Under the pieces are notes generated by a model, which was not told where the DNA came from, did not search any database, and saw only the letters and a list, made by a program, of their open reading frames with translations. Made by a program: the position numbers and the translations under genes. A DNA stretch of 64,000 nt from a candidate division WOR-3 bacterium (GTDB lineage: Bacteria > Hydrothermota > Tepidihabitantia > Tepidihabitantales > Tepidihabitantaceae), in the NCBI GenBank assembly GCA_965649225.1, contig CBFGJX010000007.1, positions 1 to 64,000 of the forward strand, given 5' to 3'. The stretch's first letter is position 1. Each line of letters begins with the position of its first letter. Of this stretch, positions 9,550 to 19,431 are shown one piece after another.

Positions 9550-9584
9550 GCTGCCGAGCCGGGGCTGGTTATCTGTTTGTCTGC

Positions 9585-9612
9585 TTGACACCGGCAGGTC
9601 GAGAGTTAGATT
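9585..9612 (+). promoter_or_regulatory. Promoter of csp operon
   Basis: TTGACA-N16-TAGATT. Confidence 0.65.
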
Positions 9613-9660
9613 TACCGTGTGGCGCTGGCCGGTTTTGACCACCAGATGGAAGATTAGTGT

Positions 9661-9867
9661 ATGCTAGGAACTGTGAAATGGTTTGATGGCAAGAAGGGAT
9701 ATGGTTTCATCGAGCCGGACGAGGGCGGACGGGATGTGTTCGTTCACTTCGGCGATATACTTGGTGACGGCTACCGGACACTCTCGGAGGGCGACAGGGT
9801 ACAGTACGAGGTAATCGACACTCCCCGTGGTCCCAAGGCAGCTCAGGTTCGCAAACGCGAAGAGTAA
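9661..9867 (+). CDS. Cold-shock domain protein
   Basis: GTVKWF...KGYGFI (RNP1), DVFVHF (RNP2), GPKA. Confidence 0.95.
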   Translation: MLGTVKWFDGKKGYGFIEPDEGGRDVFVHFGDILGDGYRTLSEGDRVQYEVIDTPRGPKAAQVRKREE

Positions 9868-9920
9868 ACCGGTGGAGCAGCCGCCTGGTAACTCAGCCGT
9901 CGGGTTGCGGGGATAGCGAA

Positions 9921-10397
9921 ATGCCCGTCGTCCATATTGGTCTTGGCTCGAATCTTGGCGATCGCCGGAAGCACATTGCGTCGGCGTTGATACAGCTTTC
10001 GAAGCTGGGACCGCTGCGGTCATCTGGGTTGTTCGAGACGGCCCCGGTGGAGCTACCGAGTTCGAACTGGTTTCTCAATGGCGCGGTTGAGCTTGCCACT
10101 GCGCTGGGGCCTTTTGAGCTGCTCGAGTTTCTGCAGTCGGTCGAGCTTGCCTGTGGCCGAACCGAGAGGGCGGACCGTGCCCGGACTCTCGACCTTGACA
10201 TTCTGTTTTACGGTACGCTCGTTATGACGGCCCGGCGGTTGGTGCTGCCGCATCCGCGGCTTCACCAGCGGACATTTGTGCTGCTGCCCCTGATTGAACT
10301 GACCCCGGACTTACGGCATCCGGTGATCGGGTTGACGATCGCCGAACTGACCGCCCAGCTGCCCCAGACCGGGATTTATCGCTACGCTGATGCCTGA
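9921..10397 (+). CDS. folK: 2-amino-4-hydroxy-6-hydroxymethyldihydropteridine diphosphokinase
   Basis: IGLGSNLGDR, FLN, RTLDLDIL, LPHPR...R.FVL.PL. Confidence 0.95.
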   Translation: MPVVHIGLGSNLGDRRKHIASALIQLSKLGPLRSSGLFETAPVELPSSNWFLNGAVELATALGPFELLEFLQSVELACGRTERADRARTLDLDILFYGTLVMTARRLVLPHPRLHQRTFVLLPLIELTPDLRHPVIGLTIAELTAQLPQTGIYRYADA

Positions 10398-11028
10398 GTA
10401 CATTGCGATAGAAGGACCGATTGGTGCCGGGAAGACAGCGTTGGCGCAGCTACTGGCTGGTCAGTTGAAAGCTCGACTGGTTGAGGAGCCCGGCGCTGAC
10501 AATCCCTTTCTTGAGAAGTTCTACTTTGATGTCCAGGCCTATGCTTTTCAGACTCAGCTTTACTTTCTACTGGCACGGTACCGGCAGCAGATTGAGATTG
10601 CGCAGCCCGATCTTTTTCAGTCTGACATAGTCAGCGACTATTTCTTTGAAAAGGACCGAATCTTCGCCGCCCTGAATCTCAGCGAACATGAACTCGCACT
10701 ATACGAGCGGGTTTACCAGCACTTGGTGCGAGAAGTGCGTAAACCGGATCTAGTGATATATCTCCAGGCGCGAACAGACGTCCTGCTCGCTCGAATCCGG
10801 CAGCGGAACCGGCCGTTTGAGTCGGCAATTGATCCTGAGTATCTGAATGCCTTGAACAATGCCTACAATCGATTCTTTCTTCACTACGAGGGTGTTCCAC
10901 TGCTGATAGTCAACACCGAACAGACTGACTTCACCTCCGGGCGTGAAGCACTGGCCGATTTGATGCGCGAGATTCATTCCACTCGGTCAGGACGCCGCTT
11001 TTATGCGCCGCGCGGTCAGCCACGTTGA
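10390..11028 (+). CDS. Deoxynucleoside kinase (dAK/dGK family)
   Basis: IAIEGPIGAGKT P-loop, NPFLEKFY, Q.YFL..R, PDLVIYL, RI..R.R..E. Confidence 0.92.
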   Translation: MPEYIAIEGPIGAGKTALAQLLAGQLKARLVEEPGADNPFLEKFYFDVQAYAFQTQLYFLLARYRQQIEIAQPDLFQSDIVSDYFFEKDRIFAALNLSEHELALYERVYQHLVREVRKPDLVIYLQARTDVLLARIRQRNRPFESAIDPEYLNALNNAYNRFFLHYEGVPLLIVNTEQTDFTSGREALADLMREIHSTRSGRRFYAPRGQPR

Positions 11029-11040
11029 TGCTGAACAGCA

Positions 11041-11859
11041 ATGAAGAAGACGAAAATCACAGTTTGTGATCTGGCAGCCAAGAAGCAGTCTGGCGAGAAG
11101 ATAGTCTGCCTCACCGCCTACGACTGGACAATGGCACGGTTGGTCGATGCGGCCGGCGTTGATCTGGTGCTGGTCGGTGACTCCGTCGCCAATGTCTGTT
11201 ACGGTCAACCGACAACGCTCGGCGTTGACATGGAACAGATGATCAACCACACGCGGGCGGTCGCGGCCGGGGTAAGCCGGGCTTTGCTGGTTGCGGACAT
11301 GCCGTTTATGTCCTATCAGATTTCAGCGGCAGAAGCGGTTGCCAATGCGGGGCGGCTGGTCAGGGCTGGCGCAGAGGCGGTGAAGCTTGAGGGAGCTGGT
11401 CCGGTCGCGGACGTGATTCGACGCATCGTCGAAGTCGGCATACCGGTTCTTGGCCACGTCGGACTGTTGCCTCAGTCTATTCATCGGCTGGGGGGCTATC
11501 ACTTGCAGGGGAGAACGCAGTCGGAACGTGACCGTCTGCTTGCCGATGCGCTTGAGTTGCAGCGTGCGGGTTGTTTTGCGGTGGTGATTGAGAAGGTCAT
11601 TGCTGAGTGTGCGAATGCGATAACCGCTGCGCTGGAGATTCCGACGATCGGAATCGGCGCCGGCCCTGGCTGCGATGGTCAGATACTTGTTGTCAACGAC
11701 GTCATCGGACTTTCCGATGCACCACCATTCCGGTTCGTAAGGCAGTATGCCCGGTTGTGGGAAGCGGCCAGCGCTGCCATTGCAGAGTTTTGTGGCGATG
11801 TCCGCGCCGGACGTTTTCCCGGTCAGGAGCACACGTTCCACGCCGATGAAGACGTTTAG
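11041..11859 (+). CDS. panB: 3-methyl-2-oxobutanoate hydroxymethyltransferase
   Basis: LTAYD, LVGDS, ADMPF, VKLEG, GHVGL.PQ, IGIGAG..CDGQILV. Confidence 0.96.
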   Translation: MKKTKITVCDLAAKKQSGEKIVCLTAYDWTMARLVDAAGVDLVLVGDSVANVCYGQPTTLGVDMEQMINHTRAVAAGVSRALLVADMPFMSYQISAAEAVANAGRLVRAGAEAVKLEGAGPVADVIRRIVEVGIPVLGHVGLLPQSIHRLGGYHLQGRTQSERDRLLADALELQRAGCFAVVIEKVIAECANAITAALEIPTIGIGAGPGCDGQILVVNDVIGLSDAPPFRFVRQYARLWEAASAAIAEFCGDVRAGRFPGQEHTFHADEDV

Positions 11860-12730
11860 CTCGGTTGCTCCGATGCGGCGTGCGCTGGAGCGGTTGAGAA
11901 GGCGGGGGTGTGTGGGTTTTGTGCCGACGATGGGGGCGCTTCATGCCGGCCATGAAGCGCTTGTACGTCGCTGCCGTCGCGACGCCGATGTTACTGTGGT
12001 GTCAATATTCGTCAACCCGACCCAGTTTGGCCCGAACGAGGACTATGCACGGTATCCCCGTACGCTGGCTGCAGACAAAAGGCAATTGCAGGCGGCCGGA
12101 ACCGACGTCCTTTTTGTGCCAACCGTCAGGATGATGTACCCTGCTGATTATGCGACCTACGTCGACGTCGGCGGCCCGGCGCTTGGCCTGTGCGGTGAGT
12201 CTCGTCCAGGGCATTTTCGCGGAGTTGCAACGGTGGTGGTCAAACTGCTCAATATCGTACAGCCGGACCTGGTGTATTTCGGCGAGAAAGACTTTCAGCA
12301 GTTGCAGGTCATCCGTCGGGTTGTTCGCGACCTAAATATGGACGTCAAGATAGTCGCAGTCCCCACGGTGCGGGATAAAGACGGGCTTGCTCTTAGCTCC
12401 CGTAACCGCTATCTCGACCGGCAGCAACGGTTGGCGGCAACCGCCATCCCCAGAGCGTTGTTTGAAGCCCGGCGGCTGGTCGCAGATGGCGAGCGGCGTG
12501 TCGGTGTACTCGTCAGCCAAGTTCGACGGCGTATTCAGAACTCCGGCGCTGTTATTGATTATGTGGCGATAGTCGATGAAAAGACGCTTGAGCCAGTCGC
12601 TGAGATTGTCCAGCCGGTTCGTCTCGCCGTGGCTGTTCGCTACGGCCAGACCAGATTGATTGACAATATCCGGCTCTATTCGCGGTTGCATCGTAGTGAT
12701 GTTGGTCGGGCAGACCAGAGGAGGAAGTGA
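11846..12730 (+). CDS. panC: Pantoate--beta-alanine ligase
   Basis: FVPTMGALHAGH, SIFVNPTQF, RPGHF.GV, FGEKD.QQ, GLALSSRN, RLIDN. Start ATG 11846. Confidence 0.96.
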   Translation: MKTFSSVAPMRRALERLRRRGCVGFVPTMGALHAGHEALVRRCRRDADVTVVSIFVNPTQFGPNEDYARYPRTLAADKRQLQAAGTDVLFVPTVRMMYPADYATYVDVGGPALGLCGESRPGHFRGVATVVVKLLNIVQPDLVYFGEKDFQQLQVIRRVVRDLNMDVKIVAVPTVRDKDGLALSSRNRYLDRQQRLAATAIPRALFEARRLVADGERRVGVLVSQVRRRIQNSGAVIDYVAIVDEKTLEPVAEIVQPVRLAVAVRYGQTRLIDNIRLYSRLHRSDVGRADQRRK

Positions 12731-13828
12731 ATGAGAGTTACTATCGAACGCGACCTGTTGGGCGAGATGCTCGGCAGTGTGGTGCCTTGTCTGCCGACAA
12801 GGACTCCGATGATGCTTTACAACAATCTGTTGCTCAGCGTTGCTGGAAACGAGATGACAGTTACTGCTACAAACGGCGACGTTTTTGTCCGGCGGCGGGC
12901 AGCTATCAACCACGCGTCCGAGGAGGGCAGTGCCGTCGTTGCTGGTCGAAAGTTCTATGACTTTGTCAGGGAGATGGCTGCCGCTGAGATTGTTCTGCGG
13001 ACAACTGAGCGCCAGTTGATAATTGAGGCAGGCAAGGTCAGGGCAGCGCTGACAACGATCGACCCGGCAGAGTATCCGGATATGCCTGTAATGCCTGATT
13101 CACCCAAAGTGCAGTTCTCGCTTGGAATGTTGGAGTCGATGTATGGTGCAGTGGGCTTCGCGGTCTCGAAGGATCAGGCACAGGTGGTAATGAGTGGTTT
13201 GAACTGGGAGATCAGCAAGACCGAATCCAGACTGGTTGCCACCGACGGACACCGACTGGCGATGGCGGTGCGCAAGGGGAAGTTTGCCAGCAGATTGAAG
13301 ATTCTTGTGACGCCGGAAGTATTTGCCTTGCTGCCCAATGGTGAGGCTGATTTCGAGGTGGCCGCTGATCCCGCGAAGGTCGGCTTGGTCTTTAAGGACT
13401 TGACAATCATTGCCCGACTGATCGACGCAGCTTTCCCTGATTACGAGCGTGTGATACCGAAGGATGCTCCTTTTCGGGCGATTGTTGACCGAGATCAGCT
13501 CGAGGCAGCTGTTCGACGGGCAGCGGTGCTGGCTCATCCGATCGGCAAGGTTATCTCGATGGCGTTCAGCAGCAGCAGCAAACTGGCGATCAGCGCGGAG
13601 AATCCTGACCTCGGCACCAGTGAAGAAGAGCTGGATTGCGAGTATGTCGGAGATGCGATCCGGGTCGGGTTCAACGCCGGCTATGTTCTTGAGGTGCTAC
13701 GGCGTATTGCGCCCGGCCGAGTGCGGATGGAGATGACCGGTCCATTGGCGCCGGTTAAGATTCAGATGGTTGAACCAAATGCGGAAGGACAGGATGTTTT
13801 CCTGATGATGCCAATCAGACTGGACTGA
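12731..13828 (+). CDS. dnaN: DNA polymerase III beta sliding clamp
   Basis: 365 aa with VATDGHRLA, RLI...FPDYERVIP, GFNA.Y..EVL and C-terminal LMMPIRL. Confidence 0.92.
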   Translation: MRVTIERDLLGEMLGSVVPCLPTRTPMMLYNNLLLSVAGNEMTVTATNGDVFVRRRAAINHASEEGSAVVAGRKFYDFVREMAAAEIVLRTTERQLIIEAGKVRAALTTIDPAEYPDMPVMPDSPKVQFSLGMLESMYGAVGFAVSKDQAQVVMSGLNWEISKTESRLVATDGHRLAMAVRKGKFASRLKILVTPEVFALLPNGEADFEVAADPAKVGLVFKDLTIIARLIDAAFPDYERVIPKDAPFRAIVDRDQLEAAVRRAAVLAHPIGKVISMAFSSSSKLAISAENPDLGTSEEELDCEYVGDAIRVGFNAGYVLEVLRRIAPGRVRMEMTGPLAPVKIQMVEPNAEGQDVFLMMPIRLD

Positions 13829-13836
13829 GTTGGAGA

Positions 13837-14706
13837 ATGGCACGCCGGTGGATGGTGCTTTTGGTGGCTTTGGCGGCGTGCGATGACGCCGGTCTGCCGC
13901 CGATTGCCGGTCGTAGTGAGCCGGTGGTATGGGCTTACCTGTACCGACTTGAGTATCCAGACCGGACAGTGGAATACGTCAGAGACGTCCAGGTTATTGA
14001 CGTACACGGATTCAGGGCTGTTCCGGTGGTGATGCTCAACGCCGATACCTTGCGGGCTTATTCTTATCGGCCGACCGAGTTCCGTTACGGCGATGGTAAT
14101 CCGGTTGCGCTCGAGCAGCGGTATGACCTGGCGGTTGAACATTTCTGGGGACGGGCGTTTTCGCGTGTGGCAATGCCGGGGAATTTCACCGTCCAGAAGC
14201 CGGCCAATCGTTTCGTCTTGAACCAGGACTCGGCGCTTGAGATCGTATGGAGCAGAGCGACTGCCGCACAGTGGTACTGGGTTGAGCTTTACGTGGACTA
14301 CGACTACTACGATTCTACCGGGAACTGGGATGATTTTTCGCTGGTGTTTGACACGCTGGTGTACACCAACCGGCTGGTTCTGTCGCCGCAGCGACTGTTC
14401 CCGGCCTTCGTTGGTGAAGTGATAGAAGGCGACGGTTCGGTGGTAGTCTGGGCTGGGAGCGGTCCAGCAGTTGAGCCTGGCGACATGGGGAATGTCAGAG
14501 GCGCTGGCTACGGCTTTTTTACGGCCATCAATGAACCACCGGAACGCTACTTCTATGTCGTTTCGCCGCCGGCGCGATTGAAAACGAAACCAACGCGTGC
14601 GACATTGCCGCTGCAGCGTAGCGAAAAATTGCGTACACTGCTCATGGTACAGCTCAGCCTGGCTGATGCTGATGGTTCAAGGCACCATTCGGCGGCTGTT
14701 CGCTAG
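13837..14706 (+). CDS. Putative lipoprotein, unknown function
   Basis: Lipobox-like VALAAC. Beta-rich, with GNV.G.GYGFF near the C-terminus. Confidence 0.65.
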   Translation: MARRWMVLLVALAACDDAGLPPIAGRSEPVVWAYLYRLEYPDRTVEYVRDVQVIDVHGFRAVPVVMLNADTLRAYSYRPTEFRYGDGNPVALEQRYDLAVEHFWGRAFSRVAMPGNFTVQKPANRFVLNQDSALEIVWSRATAAQWYWVELYVDYDYYDSTGNWDDFSLVFDTLVYTNRLVLSPQRLFPAFVGEVIEGDGSVVVWAGSGPAVEPGDMGNVRGAGYGFFTAINEPPERYFYVVSPPARLKTKPTRATLPLQRSEKLRTLLMVQLSLADADGSRHHSAAVR

Positions 14707-15493
14707 TCTGCTGGTACTTTTCCAATTTGGCTGCCGTGCGGTTGTTGCACCAGTTTCGGACAACGTCACCCTGATCTCTCCGAGTCATGATTTGCGTCTG
14801 GCGAATCCGGCCGCAGCGATTGCGGCGGATGCGGAGCGGGTTGTAACGGTGGACTTAGATGGCGGGGCGTTGAATTTCTATGGCCCGGGGTTATCTCCGG
14901 GGCATACGGTCAAGCTTGATCAGCCGGTGCCGGGTTGCCGGGGATTATTCGTCGGCCGTAATCATGTGTATCTGCTCAATGGGCGTCAGGTTCTGCGTGT
15001 GCGGAAAACCGACGGACAGTCTGATACGCTGGCCGGCAACATTGAGGCAGTTGCCGGTGTTGAGGGGCGTTTCGGGGACGTAGTTGTAGTGGACAGAACC
15101 AGCCGGCAGGTCTGGCAGATTGATGCCGGTGGCCGTCGGTCGCAGTTTCTGACCTACGCTGATGTCGGTGCCGTAGTAGACATTTGTTCTTCGGGAAGCT
15201 GGGGTTTTGCAATTCTGAATGATGCCGGCGAAGTTGTAACAGTCGACCCGGCCGGCAGTATTCAAGGCCGCACCAAAACGTTTCGCAGAGTTGACTTCGT
15301 GAGGGCTGACCGGGACGGACGAATTTATCTGATGGTGCGTGGCAGGTCAGTGCTCTGGGTATTGTCCCGGGCGGGTATTGTCTCATGTGAACTTGCCGGC
15401 GCCCGATCACCGGCAGCGTTCGTCGTGACTGACAGCGGCCTGGTCGTGCTGGACGGTGCCAGTCAGCTGGTGCAGTATCCCATCGACTGGTGA
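14672..15493 (+). CDS. Putative lipoprotein with NHL/beta-propeller-like repeats
   Basis: Signal peptide ending FQFGC. Repeated short beta units (VVVD...VW.ID..G, D.DG.IY). Confidence 0.55.
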   Translation: MVQGTIRRLFASLLVLFQFGCRAVVAPVSDNVTLISPSHDLRLANPAAAIAADAERVVTVDLDGGALNFYGPGLSPGHTVKLDQPVPGCRGLFVGRNHVYLLNGRQVLRVRKTDGQSDTLAGNIEAVAGVEGRFGDVVVVDRTSRQVWQIDAGGRRSQFLTYADVGAVVDICSSGSWGFAILNDAGEVVTVDPAGSIQGRTKTFRRVDFVRADRDGRIYLMVRGRSVLWVLSRAGIVSCELAGARSPAAFVVTDSGLVVLDGASQLVQYPIDW

Positions 15494-15516
15494 GGCCGAC
15501 TGAGTTTTAGTCTTCC

Positions 15517-18500
15517 ATGATGTTTGTAGCGGGACGGCAGCCCGTTGATGTGTTGACCTCCCTTTTTGGGCGGCAAACTGCTGCTGTGATTACGGTTGGC
15601 CTTTTGTCGGTATGGATTCTGTCGCCCGGGAGAGCGGCTCACGCAGCTGTTCGTTCACAGTTGTTGATTGTCCCGGATGATGCGATTTCAGTGTACTCCT
15701 TGCCGTCTGTCATCCCGGTAAGAGGGTCCGATACCTTGTGGCTTGATGGAGCGGTTGTGCCGAATGACTGGTACGTCGCGGATTTCGAGCAGGGAATACT
15801 CTGGCTGAAGAAAAGGCCGGACAGCCTTGCGACCCTGCGGCTGGTTTATCGTTCGATCGGAAGGCCGCTTGCCACGAGTTTCAGGCTGAGGTCTGATTCG
15901 GTCAGGCTGACCGCCGCCGATGACACTGGTCGGCAGCCCCGAGATTTGGCACTGGTCGAGCCACAACGGGCAGAGCTTGATCTTTCCGGTGACAAGTCGG
16001 TTCTGGTTCGACTGGGAACGGGCATGAGTTCGCTGGAGCAAACCACAAATCTGTCTGTTGCCGGCAGTGTCGAGGACTGGCAGGTAAAAGCGGAGCTGAG
16101 CGATCGTGCCGGGCCGATCGTCGATGATGAATTGACCGAGACGCTGGAGCGGATCGACCAGCTGTTTGTTGAAGTTACAGGCCGCGGTTGGTACGGACGT
16201 GCCGGCGACAACCGCATCCAGCCTTACGCCGGTCTGATCGGATCGGTCGCCAGGGATGTGGTCGGAGCCGTCTTGCGTCGTGACAGCACACCGGCGGCGT
16301 TGTCATTTGCAGTTGGAACGCCAAAAGGCAAGTACGGGGAGCAGGCCATCGAACCGATCGAGGGTGTGCTCGGGCCGTATCGGATCCTGGTCGGCGGCGG
16401 CAGTGTCCGAATTGTGCCTGGCAGTGAGGAGGTCTTTTTCGACGGACGACCGCTTGTCCGTGGTGCCGGAGCCGACTACCTGATGGATTATGCTGCTGGC
16501 GAGATCAGCTTCACCAGCCGTGTCAGAGTAACGTCGATGAGCCGAATTGAACTCCGGTTCGAGTATGCCGATGATGCCTATCGGCGGCTGTTGGCAACCG
16601 GCAGCGGTGGCTATCGTAGTGACCACTTGCGGCTTGGGTTGAGTCTCTTCAGCGAGGGTGACGACCCTGAAGCCAGTCTGCTTGAGCCACTGAGCGAGGA
16701 GGAGAAGCGGCAGCTCGGCACAGCCGGGGTCGATTCAGGATTCGTCTGGTTGAGTGGTGCTCAACAGGTTGGCAGCGGCAACGGCGATTATCTGAAAGAA
16801 GGCGAGGTCTACCGCTTTGTTGGTGATGGCCGGGGTGACTACCGGGTACGGTTTGCCCCGGTCGGGCGAGGCGGCGGTGATTATGAGTACGATCCGGCAC
16901 TGCGATGCTATCGGTTTGTCGGTGCTGGCAATGGCAGTTATCGACCGCTGGTACGGATTGTTTTGCCGCAGCGCAATGAGCTGGCGCTGGTGGAACTGGG
17001 TACCGGCAGCGGTACGGTGTCAGCGGGCGTGGAATTGTCGGCACTTAGACGTAGCCGCAATCTGTTTGCAGCCGACAGGGGGAGCATCAATGATGGCGCC
17101 GGTGCATTCAGACTGGCAGTGGGTGATTCGTTTTTTGGGGTTAGCTATGAAAGACAGATGCGGACACCCGGTTTTCGTCTGCCGGGTGCGGTCGGGCCGG
17201 GGGATATGGCTTTTCGCTGGGGCGGTGACCTGGGACCTGGTCTTGTGGAACGGGATATTCTTTCGCTCGACTGGAGGCCTTTTAGGGCAACCAGCTGCAG
17301 TCTCCAGCTGGGAAGAGCCGTGGCCGAGGGTAACAGACGGCTGGCGGTTATCGGGGGCGTCCTGAACAATCCTGCTATTCTGTTATCGGCATTTCGTAAC
17401 CTGAGTGCAACCCGCTTCACCGGAACCGTTCGCCCAAGCCTGGGGATTCTGAGGCCGGTTTTGACAGCTCGGTTGTCAGATTCCACCGACTACCGCCATT
17501 ACGGAGCTGATGCGGATCTTGCTTTTGTTTCTGCTCGGAACGGCGAGGTTAGGGCCGGAATCGTGTCGGAATGGAAAGGTCATAGTGTATTGCCCCGACG
17601 GTCGCTGCCTGTGAAAGTTACCCTGGAGCGAAGCTGGATTCGCACCAGCCTTCGTTGGGGTGGTGAGGTTTGGCGTTCTGATGTTGTTGCCTATTTCGAC
17701 GTAGCCGGCATTGGAGTTGGCTTCAGAAGATTCTCGGATCGCTTGAATGGCAGCGTTGTCGCTTCCTACTTTCCGAATGCAAATGTCCGTGCCCATGCCG
17801 AGCTGTCGCAACTTAGACGTCAGCAACAGCGGTATGATGAGCTTTTCACCTTTGTTGGTTCGGGCAGGGGCGACCACGAGCGTGATTCTGCGGGCGGCGG
17901 TTATTTCCCATTCCCGGGTGGCAGCTATCGGCGTACGGTTGTCCCGACCGGCGAATTCATCAGTGGCTTGGAGCGGAGTCTGGCGGCAAACGCAGAAGTG
18001 ACCGTCAACGGAATATCACTATCGAGCAGCGGCTCGGCGGCGGGCACGGGTGATACTTTACGAGTCCTGCGTTCAGATCTGTCAATTCGGGCCAGAACAG
18101 TCGGGCCGGTCGGCGCAGTCTGGCCCGAGGTCGGTGTTGCTGCTGCCGCCAGTCGACAACCGCTGTTGTCTCTTACCGGAAACAGTCAGATGCGGCAGAG
18201 TGCGGACTTGCGTGCCCGAATTGACCTGAATAGTGAAAGAAGTCTAAGTCTGCGGGCAGAGGTATTTCAACGGCAAGGTGGCTTTACCGCTGCGATGGCC
18301 AGTGTCCGACAGTGGGGGGTTGGTTTTGAATGCGGCCCCGACGTCGTCCGTCTGGGTTCGGCTCGATTGGAATTTGAGCGGCGCTGGCTGCTGGAAGACA
18401 ATCGGTCGGGCGTCGTTTGGATGGTTGCTGGCCGAGCCGAGCACGGCAGAAGGATTGCGGATCGGACGCGTATCCGCCTTAATGCCGGGGTCACTTGGCG

Positions 18501-18690
18501 GCGCTACGAAGGCGTCGGGTTTGCTGAACTGCTGGCCGCTGAACCGGCCGGGCTGACCCCGTCATTTGGTGCTGTAATTGACCACAGTTTCTCCGAGCGT
18601 GTCCTGATCAGCACCCGTTACCGCTTCACGGCCGTCTCTGGTCGACGTCCGGACCACCTTGTCGAGCTGACCGCGTCGGGCTCATTCTGA
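15517..18690 (+). CDS. Large putative outer-membrane beta-barrel protein with SprA-like GSE.V..DG..L.RG...DY..DY..G.I.F motif
   Basis: 1057 aa with signal peptide, alternating beta-strand pattern, terminal F and internal FVG.G.GDY repeats. Confidence 0.6.
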   Translation: MMFVAGRQPVDVLTSLFGRQTAAVITVGLLSVWILSPGRAAHAAVRSQLLIVPDDAISVYSLPSVIPVRGSDTLWLDGAVVPNDWYVADFEQGILWLKKRPDSLATLRLVYRSIGRPLATSFRLRSDSVRLTAADDTGRQPRDLALVEPQRAELDLSGDKSVLVRLGTGMSSLEQTTNLSVAGSVEDWQVKAELSDRAGPIVDDELTETLERIDQLFVEVTGRGWYGRAGDNRIQPYAGLIGSVARDVVGAVLRRDSTPAALSFAVGTPKGKYGEQAIEPIEGVLGPYRILVGGGSVRIVPGSEEVFFDGRPLVRGAGADYLMDYAAGEISFTSRVRVTSMSRIELRFEYADDAYRRLLATGSGGYRSDHLRLGLSLFSEGDDPEASLLEPLSEEEKRQLGTAGVDSGFVWLSGAQQVGSGNGDYLKEGEVYRFVGDGRGDYRVRFAPVGRGGGDYEYDPALRCYRFVGAGNGSYRPLVRIVLPQRNELALVELGTGSGTVSAGVELSALRRSRNLFAADRGSINDGAGAFRLAVGDSFFGVSYERQMRTPGFRLPGAVGPGDMAFRWGGDLGPGLVERDILSLDWRPFRATSCSLQLGRAVAEGNRRLAVIGGVLNNPAILLSAFRNLSATRFTGTVRPSLGILRPVLTARLSDSTDYRHYGADADLAFVSARNGEVRAGIVSEWKGHSVLPRRSLPVKVTLERSWIRTSLRWGGEVWRSDVVAYFDVAGIGVGFRRFSDRLNGSVVASYFPNANVRAHAELSQLRRQQQRYDELFTFVGSGRGDHERDSAGGGYFPFPGGSYRRTVVPTGEFISGLERSLAANAEVTVNGISLSSSGSAAGTGDTLRVLRSDLSIRARTVGPVGAVWPEVGVAAAASRQPLLSLTGNSQMRQSADLRARIDLNSERSLSLRAEVFQRQGGFTAAMASVRQWGVGFECGPDVVRLGSARLEFERRWLLEDNRSGVVWMVAGRAEHGRRIADRTRIRLNAGVTWRRYEGVGFAELLAAEPAGLTPSFGAVIDHSFSERVLISTRYRFTAVSGRRPDHLVELTASGSF

Positions 18691-18794
18691 ACGAAGCTTG
18701 ACAGTCGGCTAATCGCCGGCAAGCTCTATTCAGTTATGGTATTGCAGCTGCTGCTTGAGTTCAGAAATCTTCCAAGCCAAAGGAGCAGACTGCC

Positions 18795-19364
18795 ATGATG
18801 TCTTCGATGAGAGGTGCTCCCGCAACGGGTCGGGCGCCGCGCCGAGGCAAGAGCAAGATTCCAGGATTGCAGTATCTGGCCATTGCCGGGATCGGACTTG
18901 TCGTACTGGTGGCGGCTTTGCTGCTGGTTGGCGGCAAATCGAAGGAGGCTCCGAAACCAAAGGCCGCTCGGGCTCAGAAGTCCGGCACCGGCACTGGCGC
19001 TTCGCGGCGGGCGAAGGCTTCGGCTGTTTCACGGGAAAGCGAGAGACCATCGCGTGAGCGCCGGCGTCAGGAACGGCTTGCACGGGCGGGCAGGGAGCGT
19101 GAGCAGCGAACGGAACGTCGCCCTCGACGCAGCCGGGATGGTAGTTACCGGACCGCCAGCCGCGGAGCCAACTACAGTCCCAACACCCTGCGGGCGATTG
19201 TTACTGACAATGCCGGGTCGCGGTTGGCCATTGTTGGCGAACGCAGGTTGAGAGCAGGCGATGAGGTTGAGGGAAGGAAAATAACCGAGGTCGGAACAGA
19301 CCAGATCAAGGTTCAGTTTCGGCAGTCTGAGTACACCGTACGGGTTGGTGCTCCGTTGTACTAG
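18795..19364 (+). CDS. Single-TM protein with Arg-rich linker and GspB/PilP-like C-terminal domain
   Basis: TM YLAIAGIGLVVLVAALLLV. C-terminus L.AI......LAIV......GD.V.G.KI..V....I.V. Confidence 0.55.
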   Translation: MMSSMRGAPATGRAPRRGKSKIPGLQYLAIAGIGLVVLVAALLLVGGKSKEAPKPKAARAQKSGTGTGASRRAKASAVSRESERPSRERRRQERLARAGREREQRTERRPRRSRDGSYRTASRGANYSPNTLRAIVTDNAGSRLAIVGERRLRAGDEVEGRKITEVGTDQIKVQFRQSEYTVRVGAPLY

Positions 19365-19431
19365 ACGGGCGGGCAGGTGTCGGTGTCGGCCTGGCAGCGG
19401 CGACCCACGGTCCGGCATCACTTAAGCGCCG

